This document shows, one piece after another, positions 21,049-30,091 of a DNA stretch of 64,000 nt. Positions within the stretch are counted from its first letter, which is position 1; every line of letters begins with the position of its first letter. The DNA comes from Candidatus Levyibacteriota bacterium (GTDB lineage: Bacteria; Patescibacteriota; Microgenomatia; Levybacterales; UBA12049), in NCBI GenBank assembly GCA_041906785.1, contig JAYRIM010000028.1, forward strand, positions 121,661 through 185,660, read 5' to 3'. The notes under the pieces are model-generated. The model was not told where the DNA came from, made no database searches, and saw only the letters and a program-made list of their open reading frames with translations. The translations under genes and the position numbers were made by a program.

Positions 21049-21971
21049 TAAGTGTTGTAGTTCCAGTTTTTAATGAAGATGATGGCTTAGAAGCGTTTTA
21101 TACGAAGCTAAAATCTGTTCTTGGGCATTTTAAGGATGAACATGAAATTATCTTTATTGACGATGGATCTACTGACCAGACATTATTTAGATTAAAAGAA
21201 TTGAAAAAAAGGGACAAAACTCTTCGGATTTTTTCCTTCAGGAAAAATAAGGGTAAGTCTGAAGCATTAACATTAGCTTTTCAAAAAGCGCGAGGTGAAT
21301 ATATATTTACGCTCGATGCAGATTTAGAAGAAAATCCGGAAGAGCTTCAGAATTTACTGAAGAAAGCTCAAGAAGGGTGGGATATAGTTTCTGGTTGGAG
21401 AAAACATAGAAAACACTCTTTCGCTAGAGTTTATTCTTCTCGATTAGCGAACTATGTTCTCTCAAAATTATGGGGAATTCATTTACATGATATTAACTGC
21501 GGATTGAAAATATATTCAAAAGATGCTGCAAAGTCTCTGGAATTATATGGTGGTTTGTATCGTTTTATACCTATCATGGCGCATTTAAAAGGATTTAAAG
21601 TGACTGAAATTGTCGTAGAACATGAGAATAGAAAATTTGGAAAAGCAAAATTTGGTTTTCTAAAATTATGGAAAGATCTCCCAGATGCGTTCACAATTAT
21701 TTTTTTAACAAAATATGCTGAGCGACCGCTTCATTTTTTTGGGATGATTGGAGGTTTGCTTTTCACTTTTGGCTTTGCAATATTTTGTTATCTTAGTTTT
21801 ATTTGGTTTCAAGGAGAATCTATCGGTAGAAGACCTCTTTTCTTCGTTTGCATAGTGCTAATGTTAGCAGGTTTGCAAGTGTTTCTAACAGGTTTTTTAG
21901 CAGAACTTATTATTAATGTAACGCGAAAAGAAAAGTCTTTTTCAATAAAATATTCTTCAGATACTACATGA
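21045..21971 (+). CDS. polyprenol-phosphate sugar synthase (GtrB/CsbB/DPM1-like GT2 with two C-terminal TM helices)
   Basis: MISVVVPVFNEDDGL ... IFIDDGSTDQT ... TLDADLEENP plus two C-terminal TM helices. Confidence 0.8.
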   Translation: MISVVVPVFNEDDGLEAFYTKLKSVLGHFKDEHEIIFIDDGSTDQTLFRLKELKKRDKTLRIFSFRKNKGKSEALTLAFQKARGEYIFTLDADLEENPEELQNLLKKAQEGWDIVSGWRKHRKHSFARVYSSRLANYVLSKLWGIHLHDINCGLKIYSKDAAKSLELYGGLYRFIPIMAHLKGFKVTEIVVEHENRKFGKAKFGFLKLWKDLPDAFTIIFLTKYAERPLHFFGMIGGLLFTFGFAIFCYLSFIWFQGESIGRRPLFFVCIVLMLAGLQVFLTGFLAELIINVTRKEKSFSIKYSSDTT

Positions 21972-22186
21972 AAATACAAGATATATTTTTTTTAGGAATC
22001 TTTCTTTTTCTTATTATAAAATCTAACCCTAAACTTTCTGCTTCTTTTGGTCTTATTTGTATTGTACTGTCGATTCCCCTTTTTAGCTTATGGATATTTT
22101 TTACTGCTCAAAGACTTATCCGGTATGCTACTGCTTTTTTTCTTCTTTCAATTCTGCTTCATTTATATTACGCTAGAAACAAGTGA
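21968..22186 (+). CDS. small 2-TM membrane protein (possible GtrA-like flippase remnant)
   Basis: 72 aa, two hydrophobic helices, start overlaps the upstream gene's stop (ATGA). Confidence 0.3.
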   Translation: MKIQDIFFLGIFLFLIIKSNPKLSASFGLICIVLSIPLFSLWIFFTAQRLIRYATAFFLLSILLHLYYARNK

Positions 22187-22189
22187 TTT

Positions 22190-22729
22190 ATGAAAATTGG
22201 AATAGATATTTCACAAACTGCTTATGAAGGAACCGGAGTTGCAAATTTCCTTGAAAGATTGGTAGAAACTCTACTAAAAATTGATGAAACGAATGAATAC
22301 ATTTTATTTTATTCATCGCTTCGGAAAAAATTTCCAATTTCCAATTTCCAATTTCAAATTTCAAATAAAAACTTCACAATAAAACAGTTTAAATTACCTC
22401 CAAGCTTACTTGATATATTGTGGAATAAGTTGCATATTGTTCCCATTGAAACATTGATTGGAGATGTAGATGTATTTATATCTTCAGACTGGACTCAACC
22501 ACCTACAAGTAAAGCAAAGCAGGTGACAATTCTCTATGACTTAATTGTGTATACATATCCTGAAGAAACAGACAAAAAAATTGTTGAAGTGCAAAAAAGA
22601 AGACTACAGTGGGTAAAAAAAGAATGTGATCAGATACTATGCATTTCAGAATCCACAAAAAATGATGCAATGAGAATTCTAGGCATAGAAAAGGAGAGGT
22701 TACAGGTTATTTATCCTGGTGTACAATAA
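22190..22729 (+). CDS. GT4 glycosyltransferase, N-terminal (acceptor) domain only. Either a truncated tandem paralog or a pseudogene remnant. Contains a 35-nt heptamer repeat tract.
   Basis: MKIGIDISQTAYEGTGVANF ... ends at YPGVQ*, exactly where the GT4 C-terminal domain would begin. The next gene is a full-length paralog that has its own N-terminal domain. Confidence 0.55.
   Translation: MKIGIDISQTAYEGTGVANFLERLVETLLKIDETNEYILFYSSLRKKFPISNFQFQISNKNFTIKQFKLPPSLLDILWNKLHIVPIETLIGDVDVFISSDWTQPPTSKAKQVTILYDLIVYTYPEETDKKIVEVQKRRLQWVKKECDQILCISESTKNDAMRILGIEKERLQVIYPGVQ
22331..22365 (+). repeat. heptanucleotide tandem repeat tract (3x TTTCCAA + 2x TTTCAAA = 35 nt) inside the GT4 N-domain ORF
   Basis: Read directly from the sequence; encodes FPISNFQFQISN. 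The 7-nt unit is not a multiple of 3. Confidence 0.85.
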
Positions 22730-22733
22730 GAAT

Positions 22734-23885
22734 ATGATTATCGGAATTGATGGAAATGAAGCAAATGTTGCACATAAAGTTGGCATCAGCGAGTATGCTT
22801 TTGAACTGTTGTCACAGTTCAAAAATATCAAATATCAAATATCAAATATCAAATATCAAATTTATCTTAAAGATAAACCACGAATTGATTTACCAGCTGA
22901 ATCTGAATATTGGAAGTATCGGGTATTTGGACCGAAAAAACTATGGACGCAATGGAGATTACCGCTTGAGTTATTCGCTCATAGACCCCGACCAAATGTT
23001 TTTTTTACACCTTCTCATTATGCCCCGCGTTTCTCGCCAATTCCACGTGTGGTTTCGGTCATGGATCTTTCTTATATCCATTTTCCAGAAATGTTTAAAA
23101 AAGACGATTTATATCAACTTGTTAACTGGACAAAGTACTCAATCCAAAAATCAAAAGCTATCATTACAATCAGTGAATCAAGCCGAAATGATATAATTGA
23201 AGAGTATGGTGTTTCGAAAGAAAAAGTTCACGTTGTGTATCCAGGAATTAAAGAAATAGTAGATTTACAACCGCATATTTACGCTATGAGTGAATTACAT
23301 ACGAAATACAATATAAATAAAAATTACATTCTTTTTGTTGGAACACTCCAGCCTCGAAAGAATATTGCTCGCCTTATTGAAGCTTTTGCAAAAACGCTGA
23401 AAAATGCGGATCTAGACGCTGAAAAACGCGGAAATTTAGAATTGGTAGTGGTAGGAAGAAAGGGATGGTTATATGAAGAAATTTTAACTGCGCCTGAAAA
23501 ATATAGTATAAAAGAGCATGTTCGATTCCTCGATTATGTACCCGATGAAGATTTACCTTTACTGTATAAACAAGCTTTGTTTTATATACTTCCCAGTCTC
23601 TATGAAGGATTTGGCCTGCCTGTGCTTGAAGCGATGCAATATGAGTGTCCAGTAATAACAAGCAACATTTCGAGTCTTCCAGAGGCTGCAGGGGAGGCGG
23701 CGCTATATATTGACCCTCATAATGTTGATGATATAGCTGAGAAAATGGAAAAACTATTAAAGAGTCCTTCATTACGTAAAGAATTAATTGAGAAAGGGAA
23801 AAAGCAAGTAAAAAAATTTAGTTGGGAAAAAGCTGCAAAAGAAACACTTGCTATTTTAGGAGAAGTAGCTAAAAACAAAGTGTGA
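22734..23885 (+). CDS. GT4 glycosyltransferase (full length; contains a 35-nt heptamer repeat tract)
   Basis: MIIGIDGNEANVAHKVGISEY ... EGFGLPVLEAMQYECPVITSNISSLPE (the EX7E region). The internal ATG at 22734 is preferred over the GTG at 22719. Confidence 0.8.
   Translation: MIIGIDGNEANVAHKVGISEYAFELLSQFKNIKYQISNIKYQIYLKDKPRIDLPAESEYWKYRVFGPKKLWTQWRLPLELFAHRPRPNVFFTPSHYAPRFSPIPRVVSVMDLSYIHFPEMFKKDDLYQLVNWTKYSIQKSKAIITISESSRNDIIEEYGVSKEKVHVVYPGIKEIVDLQPHIYAMSELHTKYNINKNYILFVGTLQPRKNIARLIEAFAKTLKNADLDAEKRGNLELVVVGRKGWLYEEILTAPEKYSIKEHVRFLDYVPDEDLPLLYKQALFYILPSLYEGFGLPVLEAMQYECPVITSNISSLPEAAGEAALYIDPHNVDDIAEKMEKLLKSPSLRKELIEKGKKQVKKFSWEKAAKETLAILGEVAKNKV
22825..22859 (+). repeat. heptanucleotide tandem repeat tract (5x ATATCAA = 35 nt) inside the full-length GT4
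   Basis: Read directly; encodes NIKYQISNIKYQI; non-triplet unit. Confidence 0.85.
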
Positions 23886-23908
23886 TCTAATTTTAAGATC
23901 CTACCCAT

Positions 23909-23965
23909 GTTGTATTGTTGAATTGTTATATTGTTAGGAACAATAAAGCAATATAACAATAGCAA
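23909..23965. repeat. intergenic TTGTTATATTG inverted-repeat element, copy A
   Basis: GTTGTATTGTTGAATTGTTATATTGTTAGGAACAATAAAGCAATATAACAATAGCAA: direct TTGT(T)ATATTG units followed by their reverse complement CAATATAACAA. Confidence 0.6.
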
Positions 23966-24569
23966 TTTTAAACATATGAAGGATAAAAACGGAAACCAAC
24001 TCACTCAAAAAGAGTTGCAGCGAAAATTGAGAAATCGATTAGCCACAGTAAGTTTAGAATTTACTGTGTACTTTCTACATCTTGTCGGATGTATCCCCAG
24101 TCATACTATTCGTCGTTTTTTCTATTCATTAGCTGGTTTACAGATTGGAGAAGGTTCTACGATTCATATGCATGCCACATTGTACAATCCAATGAATATT
24201 ACTATTGGCCAGGATACTTTAATAGGTGAGGGAGTTGTTCTAGATGGGAGAGATAAACTTTCTATCGGAGATCATGTCGATATGGCTTCTGAAGTTATGA
24301 TTTACAATGCTGAACATGATGTTCAAAGTGAAGATTTTCATGCAGTCACAGCAGCTGTCCGTGTTGAAGATTATGTATTTATAGGACCTCGTGCAATCAT
24401 ATTACCCGGAGTAACTATTGGAAAAGGTGCTGTAGTAGGGGCAGGTGCTGTAGTCACAAAAACAGTAAATCCTTTTGAAATAGTAGGTGGTGTTCCTGCA
24501 AAAGTTATAGGTGAAAGGAAACAAAAAGATCTTCATTATAAACTCGGTAGAGCAGCATGGTTCAGGTAA
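23931..24569 (+). CDS. hexapeptide-repeat sugar O-acetyltransferase (left-handed beta-helix)
   Basis: Repeated [LIV]G-x4 hexapeptides: IGPRAIILPGVTIGKGAVVGAGAVV. ORF starts at a TTG; the true start may lie downstream. Confidence 0.7.
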   Translation: MLGTIKQYNNSNFKHMKDKNGNQLTQKELQRKLRNRLATVSLEFTVYFLHLVGCIPSHTIRRFFYSLAGLQIGEGSTIHMHATLYNPMNITIGQDTLIGEGVVLDGRDKLSIGDHVDMASEVMIYNAEHDVQSEDFHAVTAAVRVEDYVFIGPRAIILPGVTIGKGAVVGAGAVVTKTVNPFEIVGGVPAKVIGERKQKDLHYKLGRAAWFR

Positions 24570-24605
24570 AAGTATTTAGTATAAAGTATTATGTATTAAG
24601 TATTT

Positions 24606-25451
24606 ATGCAATTAATTTCTATTTTAATTTTGAGCTACAATACTAAAGATTTGCTCAGAATTTGTTTGCAATCTATCTATAAAAATCTATCAAACGTTTC
24701 GTTTGAAGTGATTGTACTAGACAACGCATCTAAAGACGGTAGTCCTGAAATGATTAGAAAAGAATTTCCTGATACGAAAATAATAGTTTCTGAAAAAAAT
24801 TTGGGATTTGCCAAGGGAATGAATGAAGCTGTCAAAAAAGCAAAAGGAGACTATTTGTTATTCCTTAATTCAGATGCTATCTTAACAGACTCTACAGTAT
24901 TTAATATGCTTACATTTTCAGAGTCATCGGCAGATGTTGCTATAGTTGGTGGACAGTTACTCGATGCTGATGGTACTCTACAGCGATCCTTTGGAAATTT
25001 TTATACTCTTCCCATGGCGTTTATTCTGTTATTCGCTGGAGAGAAGGTGGAATTAGCATTACAAAATACCAAAACAATAAAGCAGGTTGATTGGGTAAAT
25101 GGAGGTTTTATGCTTATTAAAAAAGATATTTTTGAGAGAGTAAAAGGGTTTGATGAACGGTATTTTATGTATGTAGAGGATATGGATTTATGTTATAGAG
25201 TAAAACAAGCAGGATATAAAACCTTTTTTTACCCCACAGCAACTGCTATTCATACAAATCAAGGCAGCTCAAACCGTTCATTTGCTATTCAACACATTCA
25301 TAAAGGATTACTCCTTTTTTATAAAAATCATAAATCTTATCTAGAATATCTGATTCTTAAAGCACTTATTCTTTTAAAAGAAACAATATTAACGTTTATA
25401 GGAATGATAACTGGTAACTCATATTTGAAAACGACATATAAACATACATAA
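24606..25451 (+). CDS. GT2 family glycosyltransferase
   Basis: ISILILSYNTKDLL ... VIVLDNASKDGS ... FLNSDA ... YVEDMDLCYR. Confidence 0.8.
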   Translation: MQLISILILSYNTKDLLRICLQSIYKNLSNVSFEVIVLDNASKDGSPEMIRKEFPDTKIIVSEKNLGFAKGMNEAVKKAKGDYLLFLNSDAILTDSTVFNMLTFSESSADVAIVGGQLLDADGTLQRSFGNFYTLPMAFILLFAGEKVELALQNTKTIKQVDWVNGGFMLIKKDIFERVKGFDERYFMYVEDMDLCYRVKQAGYKTFFYPTATAIHTNQGSSNRSFAIQHIHKGLLLFYKNHKSYLEYLILKALILLKETILTFIGMITGNSYLKTTYKHT

Positions 25452-25454
25452 AAA

Positions 25455-28400
25455 ATGAAATATTTTAAATGGTTAAAAGATAATATTCTTTTTGTTATTA
25501 CGCTTTTCTTGTTAGCTTTTATCCCGCTCTATCCAAAGAAGCCATTGTTAGACATTAAAAACACTTGGGTTTATATAAGAGCTGAAGATTTTATCGTAGT
25601 TTTAGTTATGGCTTTTTGGATATTTCTGCTTATACGGAAAAAAATTACTCTGAGAACACCGTTAACACTGCCTATCTTATTTTTTTGGCTCGCAGGGGCT
25701 ATAGCTACTATCCATGGTGTAATCCTTATTTTTCCTACAATTGCAAATGTTTTTCCCAATGTTTCATTTCTCAGTTTTCTAAGACATATAGAATACATGA
25801 GTTTATTTTTCATAGCGTATAGCGGAATGAAACATAAGCGTTTTTTACCCATTGTTATTACAACATTAACCATTACTCTTCTACTCGTCATCGGTTATGG
25901 TTTCGGACAAAAATATTTAGGATTTCCTGCATATCTAACAATGAACGAGGAGTTTGCGAAAGGAATTCCAATACGATTATCAGCTTTATCAAGAGTTCCT
26001 TCAACATTTGCTGGACATTATGATTTAGCTGCGTATCTGGTTTTAATTATTCCTATACTTGCAAGTTTAATTTTCGGCTTTCGAAATTGGTTGATAAAAA
26101 TAAGTCTCCTAATAACAATCGTGTTGGGTTTTGGATTACTTTTTATGACAGTATCACGTGTTTCATTTTTTGTTCTCTTTCTTGCACTTTTTATCGTACT
26201 CTTCTTTCATAAAAAACGATTTGTTATTTTCTCAATTCCTATTATTGCAGTATTAACGTTTATTTTTATTTCTCTTCAACCATCTCTCTTTGATAGGTTT
26301 ACAAGCACTGTTAAAGATGTAGATGTTCTTATAGACGCAAAAACCGGAGAAGCCTTAGGTCATGTAAAGTACCTATCAGCAGAACAATTTAAAAATAAAA
26401 CTATTTGGCAGCAAGATGTTCGTAGTAAGAATGAAATAGCAGCGATCATAGGTGATGAAAAAGATGAAGTACTAGAAGCATCTCCCTCAGCTTTATTTCC
26501 CTATGAAAATCTCACTCCGGAAGTTCCTGTTTTTATTGCAACTAACATATCAACTGGCGAGAATTTACCACAGGGAACAGGGTATATAAACCTTTCACTT
26601 TCTCCAGTAACAAAAAAACTCGGGTGGTTCATTTATGAACGACAATCAAATCCAGAAAAGTCTATATCTGAAAAAGTCTATGCATTAAATGGAACGTTTT
26701 TAATTAAAAGAGCAGCTGCATATGATCTATCATTTACAACACGATTTCAAGGGGAATGGCCAAACACAATAAAAGCATTTAAGAGAAATATTTTCTTCGG
26801 AAGCGGGTACGGCTCTGTGAGCCTCGCTGTTGATAATAATTATCTTCGGATGTTAGGGGAAATTGGATTATTAGGTCTACTGTCTTTTATAGGTATTTTT
26901 GTGATTATCGGAATTTATATCCGTAAAATCCTCCCTGACGTTGATTCGAATTTGGCAAAAAGTTTTGTTATTGGATTCGTAGCCGGAGTTGTCGGATTAT
27001 TTTTTAATGCATTTTTGATTGATGTTTTCGAAGCATCCAAAATTGCGTTTAGCTTATGGCTTTTGGCAGGAATAACAGTCGGACTTCTAGATTTATATAA
27101 GAAAAAGGATATAAATCTCAGCCAGGAGTTTTTACATGCAATTACTTCTCCTTTAGCAATTATTGTTTATTTAATTACTGCAGTTATAGTTCTTTATACA
27201 CCAATGATCAGTAACTATTTTATAGGTGATGATTTCACATGGTTTAGATGGGCTGATATGGGAGGAAACATTCTTACTTATTTTACACAAGCAGATGGTT
27301 TTTTTTATCGACCTGGAACAAAAATTTATTTTTATCTTATGTATTCAGTTTTTTGGCTAAACCAATCCGTATATCACGCCGTTTCTTTAGTGCTACATTG
27401 TATGATTATTATAGAGTTCTTTTTACTTGCAAAAAAAATCTTTGGGAGAACGCTTTCAGCGTCTCTCGCGGCGTTTCTTTTTCTTATTATTAGCGGATAT
27501 TTTGAAAGTATTTTTTGGATCTCATCTACAGGACATCTTTTCTCTTCCGTTTTTATTTTAGGAAGTCTTCTTTTTTATATTGTTTGGGAAGATAATAAAA
27601 AAACACTTTATTTTATTGCCTCAATTCTATCATTTATATGTAGTCTTCTCTTTTATGAATTAGGTATCGTTACGCCTCTTCTTATTTTATTGTACGCAGC
27701 ATATAAAAGAGAGACATATAATATTTCTTTTATACTTAAGAGAATAGAGTATGTATTCTATATAATTCCATTGATTTTCTATTGGCTTATTCGATATGCT
27801 GCTCAAAGCCATTGGCTAAACGGGGATTATAACTATAATATTATAAAACTACCTTTTAACGCGATTGGTAATAGTATTGGTTATTTCTCTTTAACATTAT
27901 TTGGTCCTATCGTCTTACCTTTTTATGAAAAATTAAGAGATTTCTCAAAGCTTCATGTCGGTTTGACAATGATCGTTGTTTTTTCTGCTTCTGTCCTAGT
28001 GTTCTTTTTATATAAAACACAAAGAAAAAAGATTAATAAAAGAGATAATAGTATTTTTCTTTTTGGTTTTTTCTTTTTTGTTATATCCTTAATACCATTC
28101 TTAGGATTAGGAAATATCACTTCTCGCTATAGCTATTTAGCTTCATTGGGATTAATTATAATTCTTGTTCTTGTCTTAGAGAAAATATATAACCTTTTAT
28201 CAACGAGTGGAAAAAACATCGCTTTTGGAAGTATGGTAGTTGTTCTTATGGTATTCAGTCTTTTCCATATCATGCAAATCCAGCAGATTCACAGTGATTG
28301 GTATGAAGCTGGGCAAAAGGTAAAGAGATTTTTTATAGTAATTGATGAACTATATATTGATGAATGGTCACGGGAACCACTTTCATTGTATTTTGTAAAT

Positions 28401-28628
28401 GTTCCTATACGGCATGGAGACGCATGGGTATTTCCGGTTGGTTTAAAAGATGCTTTATGGTTCTCATTTAAGAATCCTCAATTATCTGTCAACACCACAA
28501 CATCAGCGAACGATGCATTGAATGCAGCTGCGCATTCTGTAAATCCGAAAGTCTTCGAATTTAATGAAGATGGAACACTTGTAGAGCTAACAAGAGTTAA
28601 AGGAAAAATTATAAAAATTAACCGCTAA
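25455..28628 (+). CDS. 1057-aa giant membrane protein: an O-antigen ligase/polymerase-like (Wzy_C) domain fused to a second polytopic GT-C-like domain and a C-terminal soluble domain
   Basis: FGSGYGSVSLAVDNNYLRMLGEIGLLGL is Wzy_C/WaaL-like; at least 20 TM helices in total; C-terminal ~130 aa hydrophilic. Confidence 0.5.
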   Translation: MKYFKWLKDNILFVITLFLLAFIPLYPKKPLLDIKNTWVYIRAEDFIVVLVMAFWIFLLIRKKITLRTPLTLPILFFWLAGAIATIHGVILIFPTIANVFPNVSFLSFLRHIEYMSLFFIAYSGMKHKRFLPIVITTLTITLLLVIGYGFGQKYLGFPAYLTMNEEFAKGIPIRLSALSRVPSTFAGHYDLAAYLVLIIPILASLIFGFRNWLIKISLLITIVLGFGLLFMTVSRVSFFVLFLALFIVLFFHKKRFVIFSIPIIAVLTFIFISLQPSLFDRFTSTVKDVDVLIDAKTGEALGHVKYLSAEQFKNKTIWQQDVRSKNEIAAIIGDEKDEVLEASPSALFPYENLTPEVPVFIATNISTGENLPQGTGYINLSLSPVTKKLGWFIYERQSNPEKSISEKVYALNGTFLIKRAAAYDLSFTTRFQGEWPNTIKAFKRNIFFGSGYGSVSLAVDNNYLRMLGEIGLLGLLSFIGIFVIIGIYIRKILPDVDSNLAKSFVIGFVAGVVGLFFNAFLIDVFEASKIAFSLWLLAGITVGLLDLYKKKDINLSQEFLHAITSPLAIIVYLITAVIVLYTPMISNYFIGDDFTWFRWADMGGNILTYFTQADGFFYRPGTKIYFYLMYSVFWLNQSVYHAVSLVLHCMIIIEFFLLAKKIFGRTLSASLAAFLFLIISGYFESIFWISSTGHLFSSVFILGSLLFYIVWEDNKKTLYFIASILSFICSLLFYELGIVTPLLILLYAAYKRETYNISFILKRIEYVFYIIPLIFYWLIRYAAQSHWLNGDYNYNIIKLPFNAIGNSIGYFSLTLFGPIVLPFYEKLRDFSKLHVGLTMIVVFSASVLVFFLYKTQRKKINKRDNSIFLFGFFFFVISLIPFLGLGNITSRYSYLASLGLIIILVLVLEKIYNLLSTSGKNIAFGSMVVVLMVFSLFHIMQIQQIHSDWYEAGQKVKRFFIVIDELYIDEWSREPLSLYFVNVPIRHGDAWVFPVGLKDALWFSFKNPQLSVNTTTSANDALNAAAHSVNPKVFEFNEDGTLVELTRVKGKIIKINR

Positions 28629-28630
28629 TT

Positions 28631-30091
28631 ATGGCAAAACTCTTCTCAAAAAATACATTGTTGCTATTATTTGTAGTTATAGTAGGTTTTCTCTTGAGGC
28701 TTTATAAAATTGAAAATCCGATTGCTGATTGGCATAGTTGGAGACAGGTCGATACGTCAGCTGTATCAAGAACTTTCGTAACAAACGGTTTTGATATTTT
28801 ACATCCTCGTTTTGAAGATATTTCGAACGTTCCTTCGGGAAAAGATAATCCTGAAGGATATAGATTTGTAGAATTTCCTCTCTATAATATTTTTCAAGCA
28901 GGTTTTTATACTATATTTGATACATTTTCACTGGAAGTTTGGGGAAGATTAGTAACAATATGTTCCTCACTACTAGCAGGAATATTCTTATATGTATTAG
29001 TAAAGAGGCATTCAGATGAACTTACTGCATTATGTGTGTCAATCGTGTACCTTACATTACCTTTTAATGTCTATTTCGGTAGAACTGTTCTTCCGGATCC
29101 TTCTATGATTATGACAATTCTTGCTGGGATTTATTTTTTTGACAATTATGTAGAAAAAACAAATAAGAAAAAAGCACTTTACTACATGCTTGCAGTTGTT
29201 TTTACCGCTTCTTCATTTCTGCTGAAACCGTACGCATTATTTTTTACACTCCCTATGTTTTATTTGGTGATTAAAAAATATCCTCGGAGTTTTTTTAAAC
29301 AATGGCAACTTTGGCTTTTTATTTTTTTAACAGTTTTTCCTCTCCTAGGCTGGCGTCAATGGATATCGCAATTCCCTGAAGGAATTCCGGCGAGTGATTG
29401 GTTATTTAATGCAGGTAACATCCGTTTTACTGGAGCATATTTTTACTGGATTTTTGCTGATAGAATTGCACGATTAATCTTAGGATATTGGGGAATAACA
29501 TTTTTCATTTTTGGAATACTGTTTGGAAAAACAGTATTAAAAGAGAAGAAAGACTTTGGTTTTTTTATCAGTTTTATTTTTTCATCACTTTTATATCTCA
29601 TTATTATTGCTAGAGGAAATGTCCAACATGACTATTATCAAATTGCGATTGTTCCTTCTCTATCTATTTTTACAGGATTAGGATTACGTTTTTTGATTAA
29701 CAATTCTCTACACGAATTAGATAAAAAAATCACAATCACTGCAGTAACTATATTACTTTTATTTATGTATATGTTTAGTTGGTATTTTGTTAGAGATTAT
29801 TACAATATAAATAATAAATCGATAATAATAGCTGGTGCTGCTGTGGATGAGAAAACACCTAAAAATGCGAAAGTAGTTGCTCCTTATGATGGAGATACCA
29901 CGTTGCTTTATTATACATATCGACAAGGATGGGCAAGTTTTCAAAATCCTCTTCCTGAATTAATTCAAAAAGGCGCAACACATCTTGTTCTCATTAACCC
30001 TTCAGAAAAAGATCGTGAGATTGGGAAAACATATAAAATTATTGCAGATACGAAAGAATATATTTTATTTGATTTAAGAAAATCACCATGA
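28631..30091 (+). CDS. ArnT/PMT-like GT-C glycosyltransferase (GT39/GT83-like)
   Basis: N-terminal LLRLYKIENPIADWHSWRQVDTSAVSRTF is typical of the ArnT/PMT family; ~11 TM helices. Confidence 0.6.
   Translation: MAKLFSKNTLLLLFVVIVGFLLRLYKIENPIADWHSWRQVDTSAVSRTFVTNGFDILHPRFEDISNVPSGKDNPEGYRFVEFPLYNIFQAGFYTIFDTFSLEVWGRLVTICSSLLAGIFLYVLVKRHSDELTALCVSIVYLTLPFNVYFGRTVLPDPSMIMTILAGIYFFDNYVEKTNKKKALYYMLAVVFTASSFLLKPYALFFTLPMFYLVIKKYPRSFFKQWQLWLFIFLTVFPLLGWRQWISQFPEGIPASDWLFNAGNIRFTGAYFYWIFADRIARLILGYWGITFFIFGILFGKTVLKEKKDFGFFISFIFSSLLYLIIIARGNVQHDYYQIAIVPSLSIFTGLGLRFLINNSLHELDKKITITAVTILLLFMYMFSWYFVRDYYNINNKSIIIAGAAVDEKTPKNAKVVAPYDGDTTLLYYTYRQGWASFQNPLPELIQKGATHLVLINPSEKDREIGKTYKIIADTKEYILFDLRKSP

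Noticed and set aside
22331-22859. Heptamer repeat tracts as a CRISPR array
   Set aside because: Units are 7 nt with no spacers and lie inside coding sequence. No cas genes or 25-40 nt repeat-spacer periodicity occur anywhere in the window.
22190-23885. Interpreting the GT4 pair as one gene split by a frameshift at the heptamer tract
   Set aside because: The downstream ORF has its own complete N-terminal domain (MIIGIDGNEANVAHKVG...) and its own heptamer tract. The upstream ORF's stop is a clean TAA after the N-domain, not next to the repeat tract.
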